Positions 57,430 to 64,000 of a DNA stretch of 64,000 bases are shown here, piece by piece. The notes under the pieces are model-generated. The model had not been told where the DNA came from and made no database searches. It saw only the letters and a list, made by a program, of their open reading frames with translations. The translations under genes and the position numbers were made by a program. The DNA comes from Desulfobacteraceae bacterium. Lineage in GTDB: Bacteria; Desulfobacterota; Desulfobacteria; Desulfobacterales; UBA2174. Position 1 is the stretch's first letter. Every line of letters starts with the position of its first letter. The stretch spans positions 23,984 to 87,983 of the forward strand of contig DQXI01000012.1 in NCBI GenBank assembly GCA_011042305.1, given 5' to 3'.

Positions 57430-57485
57430 GATCCCGCGAGGGGCGGGATCGTTTTTGGCGGTCGATCCGACCGCCGTTATTTATT
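57430..57485 (+). terminator. Two stacked plus-strand terminator-like hairpins with no obvious plus-strand gene
   Basis: GATCCCGC-GAGGG-GCGGGATC followed by GTTTTT (57430-57456). GGCGGTC-GATCC-GACCGCC followed by GTTATTTATT (57457-57485). The U-tracts exist only on the plus strand. Confidence 0.4.
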
Positions 57486-57828
57486 CGCCGTACATAGCGG
57501 TGATGATCCTCCGTAGTTGGGCGGCCTTTTCTTCGGAGAGCCTGTCGATTTTCTTTTTCAACTGCTGCCGGCTGAGGGTGTAGATCTGGTCCGCGGCGAT
57601 CTCGGCATCCTTGTTCGCGCACCGGATCTGGAGCCGGGAGCGCCACCGGGGGTGCAGCTTGGAGGTCAGCGGGCAGACGACCACCGTGTCGAGATGACGG
57701 TTCATCTCGTCCTGGCTGACGACGACGACGGGACGGGTTTTTCGGATCTCGCTGCCGACGGTGGGATTGAGATCGGCAATGTAGATTTCATAGCGCCTAA
57801 TATCCAAAATCCTCGTCCTCCAGCCCAT
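57481..57828 (-). CDS. mazF: Type II toxin MazF/PemK family endoribonuclease
   Basis: YEIYIADLNPTVGSEIRKTRPVVVVS and CPLTS motifs. The start is uncertain: ATG 57828, TTG 57834 or TTG 57807. All three overlap the mazE 3' end. Confidence 0.85.
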   Translation of the reverse strand: MGWRTRILDIRRYEIYIADLNPTVGSEIRKTRPVVVVSQDEMNRHLDTVVVCPLTSKLHPRWRSRLQIRCANKDAEIAADQIYTLSRQQLKKKIDRLSEEKAAQLRRIITAMYGE

Positions 57829-58069
57829 CGGCAAGGGTGGCGTCCAAATCGTCCCAGCGTTCCTTTTCCGCCGCCATGGCCTTGTACGTCTCCTCCCAGG
57901 AAAACGTGTTCTCTTGCTTGTTGCGCAGCAGCAGTCCTTTTTCCGTCTCTTCGATCAGAATGGGGTTTTTTAGCCCGTATTTCTGAAGCAGGGCCTTGGG
58001 GATGCGCACGCCTTTGGAGTTCCCGATGGCAATCAGCTTGGCATCCCGCACCCGTGGTTGTGTTTCCAT
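57797..58069 (-). CDS. mazE: Type II antitoxin MazE/AbrB (SpoVT) family
   Basis: 90 aa from ATG 58069. Swapped-hairpin motif IAIGNSKGVRIPKALL and an acidic C-terminal tail (DGLEDEDFGY). Confidence 0.85.
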   Translation of the reverse strand: METQPRVRDAKLIAIGNSKGVRIPKALLQKYGLKNPILIEETEKGLLLRNKQENTFSWEETYKAMAAEKERWDDLDATLADGLEDEDFGY

Positions 58070-58109
58070 GACGATCCTCAGTGGGGTGTGTCGAACAAAG
58101 AGCGTAGTT

Positions 58110-58138
58110 ACTGTAATTACATTAGGCGTCGGTGTCAA
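58110..58138 (-). promoter_or_regulatory. mazEF promoter with overlapping palindromic operator
   Basis: The minus strand reads TTGACA (58138-58133), 17-nt spacer, TACAGT (58115-58110). A perfect 10-bp palindrome TGTAATTACA (58112-58121) overlaps the -10 element. Confidence 0.5.
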
Positions 58139-58493
58139 CAGCAGAAGGCACCCTTGCCGCGAAGAGGTCCAGCCAGGCGGCAGACCCTCAAGGGGCTGGA
58201 TGTATTTCTTTAGTCGTTGAAACATCAGGCGGAGCGCCGCGTCTCTTGGGCCCGGGTCATCTGTTCGGCCGGTGTGCCGGTGAAACCGGCTCTTTCTTCG
58301 CGGACGAACCCGTCGGGGGCGATGAAGCCGTGCGTAAGGCTTGCGGGAAAGCTATCTTTCCGGTATTTTCCCCACCTTGCCGAAAAGATCCGCGGCCTGA
58401 AGCCAAGCGCCTGGTCCGGCGCCTCGAAAGTGCCTTTGTCGAGCCGATGCCGATGGCCATTTACCGTTGAACCAGGAGAAAGGAGCAGCCCGA

Positions 58494-60320
58494 ATGAACG
58501 CCGCCGCTGGTATCCCTGCCCCGCTGACCATTCCCGATGTACCAAATTTCGCCGCCATCGTGCGGCAGAATGTCCGCAAATTCGGCGCCAAGCCGGCCCT
58601 GCGTACCCGCCGCCAAGGTCAGTGGATCGAGATCGACTGGAACGGACTCGGCGAGCAGATGCAGCAGGCCGCCCGAGGGCTGCTGGACCGTGGCGTGGCG
58701 GAAGGCGAGATGGTGTGCATCTTTTCGCCCAACAAGCCCGAGTGCACCATTGCCGACGTGGCCGCCCTGAGCATCCGCGCCGTGCCGGTGTACATCTATC
58801 CCACCAACACCGCCCGGCAGGCCGAGTACATCGTCAAGCATTCGGGGGCGCGCATCTTGTTTGCCGGCACCCAGGAGCAGTTCGACAAGGCCGCCGCGAT
58901 GTTGAAAGAAGGGCCGCTGCATACCCTCGTCGCCTTTGACGATGCCATCGATCTGCGGGGCCTGGAGGGTGCCATGTACTGGTCGGCGTTTCTCGATCGG
59001 GCCAAGGGTGCGGATCTCGATGCCGAGATCGACAGACGCTTGGCGCGAGCAACGGTGGACGACTTGCTGACGCTGATCTACACGTCGGGGACCACCGGCG
59101 AGCCCAAGGGGGTCATGTTGACCCACGCCAGCTTGCTCCACAGCGCCGCGGGCCACGACCTGCGCCTTCTGCCCGTCGGCCCGGACGACGTGTCGCTGTG
59201 CTTTTTGCCCCTGTCCCATGTCTTTGAGCGGACCTGGACCTACTACGTCCTCTACAAGGGGATAGTGAACAATTATCTTGAAGATCCCAAGCAGATCATC
59301 GACTTCATCCAGGAGGTCAAACCGACGATCATGTGCGCCGTGCCACGCTTCTACGAAAAGATCTACGCCGCCATGATGCATCGCCTGGAGTCGGCCTCGC
59401 CGGTCAAGCAAAAGCTCTTCCACTGGGCCGTGGCCGTGGGCCGGGAGCGAAATGGCCGGGTCAAGGACGAGTTACCGGTACCCTTTGGGCTGGCCATGCG
59501 CTATCGCCTGGCCGATCGGCTCGTGCTGAGCAAGCTGCGCGCCCTCGTCGGCGGCCGGATCCGTTTTTTCCCCTGTGCCGGGGCCCCGCTGGGCGAGGAG
59601 ATCGAGGCCTTTTTCCACGCTGCCGGTCTTTTTATCTGTTACGGCTACGGCCTGAGCGAAACCACCGCCACTGTCACCTGCCACGAACCGACCCACTACC
59701 GCTTCGGCCTGGTGGGCAAACCCCTGCCCGGGGTGGAGGTGAAGATCGCAGAAAACGATGAAATCCTGGTGCGCGGGGCCACGGTGATGAAGGGCTACTA
59801 CAAGAACCCCCAGGAAACGGCGGCTGTCTTCGAGGACGGTTGGTTCAAAACCGGCGATACCGGTTGCTTCGAGGACAACGGCGAGCTACGCATCACCGAC
59901 CGGATCAAGGACCTGATGAAGACTTCCGGGGGCAAATACATTGCGCCGCAGTACATCGAGGCCACCATCGGCACCGACCTGTACATCGAGCAGATCGCCG
60001 TGGTGGCCGACAACCGCAAGTTCGTCTCGGCCCTCATCGTACCGGAGTTCGAGGCCCTGAGCGAATACGCCCGCAACCACGGGATCGCTTTTTCCAGCCG
60101 CGAGGAGCTGGTCGCCCACCCGGAGATCGTCGGCTTGTTCGAAAAGCGGATCCAGGAGCGTTCCCGGGAGCTGGCCAACTACGAGCGCATCATCCGTTTC
60201 ACCCTTCTGGCCGAACCCTTCACCATTGACCGCGGAGAGATCACCCCCACTATGAAGCTCAAGCGCAAAGTGATCAACGAGAAGTTCAGCCAGGCCATAG
60301 ACGCCATGTACGACGAGTAG
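58494..60320 (+). CDS. Long-chain fatty acid--CoA ligase (AMP-forming)
   Basis: AMP-binding motifs YTSGTTGEPKGV, GYGLSETT, TGD and GGKYIAPQ. ATG 58494 follows GGAGAAAGGAG. Confidence 0.9.
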   Translation: MNAAAGIPAPLTIPDVPNFAAIVRQNVRKFGAKPALRTRRQGQWIEIDWNGLGEQMQQAARGLLDRGVAEGEMVCIFSPNKPECTIADVAALSIRAVPVYIYPTNTARQAEYIVKHSGARILFAGTQEQFDKAAAMLKEGPLHTLVAFDDAIDLRGLEGAMYWSAFLDRAKGADLDAEIDRRLARATVDDLLTLIYTSGTTGEPKGVMLTHASLLHSAAGHDLRLLPVGPDDVSLCFLPLSHVFERTWTYYVLYKGIVNNYLEDPKQIIDFIQEVKPTIMCAVPRFYEKIYAAMMHRLESASPVKQKLFHWAVAVGRERNGRVKDELPVPFGLAMRYRLADRLVLSKLRALVGGRIRFFPCAGAPLGEEIEAFFHAAGLFICYGYGLSETTATVTCHEPTHYRFGLVGKPLPGVEVKIAENDEILVRGATVMKGYYKNPQETAAVFEDGWFKTGDTGCFEDNGELRITDRIKDLMKTSGGKYIAPQYIEATIGTDLYIEQIAVVADNRKFVSALIVPEFEALSEYARNHGIAFSSREELVAHPEIVGLFEKRIQERSRELANYERIIRFTLLAEPFTIDRGEITPTMKLKRKVINEKFSQAIDAMYDE

Positions 60321-60492
60321 CGCAGGACGGCCTTTCCACGATCCGCCGATTCGCCTTTCGGCTCAACGCTTGACGGGAGGCGCAGAAGCATGTTCTGTTT
60401 TTTGACAATTGGTGATAAATGATGGCAATGTTTTTCCTGCTATCGCTTCAGCCGTTCCGGCTCAACTTCATCAACGGCCGAAAAGAGAAGAA

Positions 60493-61329
60493 ATGATGAA
60501 AAGAAAGCTTGTTGCAGTTGTGGTCGTCACCTTGGTCGGCTTTTTCCTGGCCGCGGGCGGAGTTTTGGCCACCAGCCTCAGCGAACGCTACTATCAAAGG
60601 CACCCGCTGAAGGCGTCCGAGCTGGAAAAAACTTGGGGAAAGCCGGTTCTGACCGAAACCCTGGACAACGGCTTGGAGCGAAGGGTTTATGAGATCGCCA
60701 AGCCCTACCCGGAGACCATGCGTTACCGTTTTTTCATTATTCGTGACGGAATGGTGGTGTCCAGTGGAATTTCGGACCAGAAGGGGGGAAGGGCCGATAT
60801 TAAGCCCAGCCAGAGCGGGGAGTTGCCAGCGGGCCGGCTCAGCCAATCCTACTACGCCAAATTCCCCTTGAGCGCCGAGGAAGTGGAAAAAACCTGGGGG
60901 GCCGCCGTGCAGGTAAAAGACCTCGGAGACGGCCTGGAGACGCGGGTCTATGAAATCCGCAATCCCTACCCGGCCAATCTCAAGTACCGCTACTTTCTCA
61001 TTCAAGACGGCAGGGTATTGGCCAGCGGGGTCACCGACATCATCGGCACCCAGGAAAAAGCCGACACCTGCGGGGTCACCGGTCCGCCGGTGGGCCGGCT
61101 CAGCAAGCTCTACTACCAGCGGTACAGCTTGACCGTGGATGAAGTGGAAAAGGTCTGGGGCAAGCCCATTGCAGTGCAGAAAATCGACAACGGGATGGAA
61201 AACCGCGTCTACGAGATTCCCAACCCCTATCCGGCCGACATGAAATACCGCTATTTTCTCTCCAAGGATGGCAAAGTCGTTGCCAGCGGCATTTCTGAAA
61301 CGGTGATTTGCGACATCGGGATCAATTGA
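60493..61329 (+). CDS. Secreted/lipoprotein-like protein built of three tandem 66-aa domains
   Basis: Signal/anchor MMKRKLVAVVVVTLVGFFLAAGG, followed by three repeats of the pattern YY-x-PL-x4-EK-WG-x17-RVYEI-x-PYP-x3-YR(Y/F)F-x3-G-x4-G. Confidence 0.75.
   Translation: MMKRKLVAVVVVTLVGFFLAAGGVLATSLSERYYQRHPLKASELEKTWGKPVLTETLDNGLERRVYEIAKPYPETMRYRFFIIRDGMVVSSGISDQKGGRADIKPSQSGELPAGRLSQSYYAKFPLSAEEVEKTWGAAVQVKDLGDGLETRVYEIRNPYPANLKYRYFLIQDGRVLASGVTDIIGTQEKADTCGVTGPPVGRLSKLYYQRYSLTVDEVEKVWGKPIAVQKIDNGMENRVYEIPNPYPADMKYRYFLSKDGKVVASGISETVICDIGIN
60580..61299 (+). repeat. Three in-frame tandem repeats (period 87 codons: 66-aa domain plus 21-aa linker)
   Basis: The repeats start SERYYQRHPL..., SQSYYAKFPL... 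and SKLYYQRYSL.... Both linkers end in GRL. Confidence 0.8.
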
Positions 61330-61401
61330 GGGGATTGAAATTTACGTCGATCCACGATAGGAAAATCAGGATTTTTGGTGCCCATTGCGACCTATGACTC
61401 C

Positions 61402-61977
61402 ATGACGCGCCTGTTCGAAACCCCCATATCGCGACGAATCCTGATCAAACGCGCGCTGGCCGGCGGGGCGTCGGCTCTGTTGCTCCCGTGGTGGGCAGCC
61501 CTCCCCGCCCAGGCCGGCATCCCGGCCGAAGAGGTTTCCGGCCGCATCGCCGTCGTCAACCTTCACACCAACGAGAGCTTGCGGATCCGCTACCGGGAAA
61601 AAGACGGCCGCTTCCTTCCGCAGGCTCTCGCCCGGCTCAATCACCTGTTCCGCTGCCATTACGATAACAAGGAAAAGCCCATCGACCCGGCCCTGTATGT
61701 CCTGCTGGACCGGATCCACACCCGTCTCGGCGCTGGCCAGCGCCCCCTGCTGCTCATTTCCGGGTACCGTTCGCCGGAATACAACCGCCTGCTGCGCGCC
61801 CGCTCAATCGGCGTCGCCAAGCAGAGCTATCATCTCAAGGGCATGGCCGCCGACATCCGGATCAGGGGCATCGGCCTCCACAAGGTCCGCGAGGAGGCCG
61901 TCACCCTGGCCCAGGGCGGGGTGGGTGCCTACGACCGGTTCATCCACGTCGACCTCGGTCCGGTTCGGACCTGGTAG
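61402..61977 (+). CDS. DUF882/YcbK (MepK-like) peptidase M15A family, Tat-exported
   Basis: Twin-arginine signal ISRRILIKRALAGGA. Motifs SGYRSPEYN, SYHLKGMAADI and FIHVDLGPVRTW. The start could instead be TTG 61375 or GTG 61378. Confidence 0.85.
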   Translation: MTRLFETPISRRILIKRALAGGASALLLPWWAALPAQAGIPAEEVSGRIAVVNLHTNESLRIRYREKDGRFLPQALARLNHLFRCHYDNKEKPIDPALYVLLDRIHTRLGAGQRPLLLISGYRSPEYNRLLRARSIGVAKQSYHLKGMAADIRIRGIGLHKVREEAVTLAQGGVGAYDRFIHVDLGPVRTW

Positions 61978-61986
61978 AAAACCGCT

Positions 61987-63732
61987 TCAACCCGCCGGAT
62001 CCACCTCCGTGTTGGGATCGGCCTCGGGCCGCACCCGGGCCGGCGGCGGGGAGGCTGCCGGCGTGGTATTCAACGCGTTCCAGAGCACCCCGTCCCGGTT
62101 GTAGATATCCTTTCGGTACTGGGGCTCGCCCTCGTCGCCGATCCAGAAGGTCCAGTACTGCAAATGGACCGTCACCGGGTTTTTCACCGGAATCGTTTTC
62201 GGTCCACCCTCCGCCAGCACCCGTTCCAGGCGCTCCCGGTCCCAGGCGGGGTCGTCTTCCAGGACAAACAACGCCAACTCGATGGGCTTCTTCACCCGGA
62301 TGCACCCGCTGCTGAAGGCCCTGGCCGTGCGCTCGAAGAGGTGCCGGTCGGGGGTGTCATGCAGGTAGACGGCAAAATCGTTGGGAAAGATGAACTTGAT
62401 GCGGCCCAGGGCATTCCAGGGGCCCGGCCGCTGACGCAGCCGGCCGGGAAAGTTGCCCGGGTGCACCGTGGACCAGTCGATGAGACGGGGATCCAAGACC
62501 TCGGCCGCCTGCTTCCAACCGCGCAGCAACTCGAAGTGGTTGGCCGCCAGGTAGCCGGGATCCTTCTTGATCTTGGGCAGAATCTTGCGCGCCAACACCC
62601 CGGGGGGAACATTCCAGTAGGGGTTGACCACCAGGGAGGTCATGTTTTGGCTGAAAACCGGTGTCCGGGTGTAGGTCTCGCCCACGATCACCGGCATCTC
62701 CAGCACCTTTCGCCCCTCGCGGAAGGCGGCCAGCTCGAAGGCGGCCGAATTGACGATGATGTGGCGCCGCCCCAGGTCCCGGGGAAGCCAGCGCCAGCGC
62801 TCCAGGTTGACCAGCACGCAGCGCAGCTGGTCCCGGGGAGAACGGTTGAGGGCCGCCAGGGTCTGGGGACCGACGATTCCGTCGGCGGAGAGGCCGTGAC
62901 GGTTTTGAAACCGTATCACTGCCTGGAGCAACGCGTCATCGAACAAGGTTTCATCCAAAAGCGGGTCTCCGGCGGGCGGAAGATCCCCCTGGTTCGCCAG
63001 TCGTGCCCGCACCTGGGCCACCCGGGGCGAACGGTCGCCGGGGCGCAGGGTTGCCCCGGGGGCAATCTCCTGCCATTTTCCCGCGGCGATCTGCCGCCGC
63101 AGACGGCGGGCCTCGATCATCGCGGTGCGGTAGCCCCGGCTGTTCGGGGCCAGCTCATCGAAGAAGAGGCCTAGATCCTCGGAGGCTGTAATGCCGTCCA
63201 GCCAGCGGAAGACTTCCGTTTTTTTCTTCGGAGAGATCCACTGGGGGTGGATGGTTTCCGGGTCGACCTTGCCGGCGGCCAGGTGGGTGGCGAGGTTGAC
63301 GAAGGCATCCGAGAGGACGATTTCCAGGCCTGCCAGCCCCTTGGCGGCCGTCGCAAGCGATTGTTGGGCCGAGGGGTGTTTCAGCCATTCGGAAAGGCAG
63401 GAAAAGTGGTAGTCCTGGGGAGACAGGCCGTGCTGCGCGGCGTTTGCGATGGCGGCCACCAGCTCCCGGGCCGCCTGGGAGGGACCGCCGGGAGACACCC
63501 AGACCGGCTGGTTGCCACGGTTGCGGTAGAACTCGACCAGGTCCTTGCCGGCATAGACCGGCTCGCAGCCGACAAAGGCTTGCTGGCTGCGAGAGGCGAC
63601 ATCAAGCCAGTCTTGCAAGGCCCGGGAAACCGCTTCACCGCTCACCGCGGCAGGCGCCGGGCCGGCGGCTGAAGCAACGAGGAAAACGAGACCCAGGAAA
63701 ACGACGGGAAGCCGGTGGAATCGGTGCTTCAT
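61987..63732 (-). CDS. L,D-transpeptidase (YcbB/LdtD-like) with a peptidoglycan-binding domain
   Basis: Start at ATG 63732 (signal peptide MKHRFHRLPVVFLGLVFLVASAA). PG-binding domain (FQNRHGLSADGIVGPQTLAAL) and YkuD catalytic motif YLHDTP...SSGCIRV. Confidence 0.9.
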   Translation of the reverse strand: MKHRFHRLPVVFLGLVFLVASAAGPAPAAVSGEAVSRALQDWLDVASRSQQAFVGCEPVYAGKDLVEFYRNRGNQPVWVSPGGPSQAARELVAAIANAAQHGLSPQDYHFSCLSEWLKHPSAQQSLATAAKGLAGLEIVLSDAFVNLATHLAAGKVDPETIHPQWISPKKKTEVFRWLDGITASEDLGLFFDELAPNSRGYRTAMIEARRLRRQIAAGKWQEIAPGATLRPGDRSPRVAQVRARLANQGDLPPAGDPLLDETLFDDALLQAVIRFQNRHGLSADGIVGPQTLAALNRSPRDQLRCVLVNLERWRWLPRDLGRRHIIVNSAAFELAAFREGRKVLEMPVIVGETYTRTPVFSQNMTSLVVNPYWNVPPGVLARKILPKIKKDPGYLAANHFELLRGWKQAAEVLDPRLIDWSTVHPGNFPGRLRQRPGPWNALGRIKFIFPNDFAVYLHDTPDRHLFERTARAFSSGCIRVKKPIELALFVLEDDPAWDRERLERVLAEGGPKTIPVKNPVTVHLQYWTFWIGDEGEPQYRKDIYNRDGVLWNALNTTPAASPPPARVRPEADPNTEVDPAG

Positions 63733-64000
63733 GGCAAGGGGGGCGCCTTTCTTTTTTCTTGTTGGTGACGACCTGGAAAAGCCGTTATCCATAAACTTCA
63801 AATGACCATTCCCGTCACCCACTGGATCAAGCCGGCCATACCGGCGGCAGGCGGCCGTGCGATATGGCGCAAGGCATTCCGTTTCGTTCGCCGGTGCCCT
63901 GAATGGTCTTAATATGCCACGATTTTTCCCGGCTCACTACCAAAAGGCGCCTTGACTGGTCTGATGAGTATGCTATGTGGATTTTCCATGCAAACCAAGC

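Noticed and set aside
58225-58227. In-frame TGA (possible selenocysteine) ending ORF 58225..58545(-).
   Set aside because: Read-through adds only four codons before TAA. No SECIS-like hairpin follows, and the ORF itself is not credible.
53929-58493. Integrated mobile element at tRNA-Gly.
   Set aside because: No integrase, recombinase or transposase is present, and I found no direct repeat of the tRNA 3' end. It is reported only as a compositionally odd accessory patch, not as a mobile element.
63960-64000. CTGATGAG (hammerhead ribozyme core-like) at the window edge.
   Set aside because: No matching CGAAAC/GAAA element or stem II/III pairing could be built. The window ends before the context can be evaluated. 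It is probably part of a promoter or leader for a gene starting near 63988.

Overview
This is a GC-rich, densely coded bacterial chromosomal segment. TolC, RND, BamE-like and Ldt genes mark it as Gram-negative. HgdC-type activase, EndoQ and several radical SAM genes suggest an anaerobe, possibly Desulfobacterota-like, but that lineage call is inference only.

Most of the window is core housekeeping:
- heme genes (sirC, ccsA-like, hemA), a dksA-like gene, rnc, PBP1A, hisIG, engB-era
- a BMP-type nucleoside/purine ABC operon with gpt embedded in it
- the origin-proximal cluster rpmH-rnpA-yidD-yidC-mnmE (rpmH is missing from the ORF track)
- rng, degP, a TolC-MFP-RND efflux operon, asnS, and dnaN-gyrB

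No dnaA, CRISPR array, transposase, integrase or reverse transcriptase is visible. Many long ORFs in the track are antisense shadow ORFs typical of high GC content.

I see no clear-cut novel multigene system. The best candidates for a second look are:
1. A full-length Endonuclease-Q-like PHP nuclease fused to a UvrD helicase, with a co-transcribed HEAT-repeat gene. It lies beside a DnaA-box/AT-rich oriC-like region and a two-gene (split) RdgC.
2. A 1414-aa tandem HgdC-like activase fused to dehydratase-like modules, flanked by an ATP-grasp gene and a small HNH gene.
3. An orphan promoter-to-terminator unit that encodes a structured RNA or a 12-codon ORF.
4. A small accessory patch after tRNA-Gly. 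It holds two Spy/ZraP-like chaperones (one with a perfect sigma-54 promoter), a WYL regulator, csp with an anti-SD leader, and mazEF.

All calls rest on reading motifs by eye. No database search was run.
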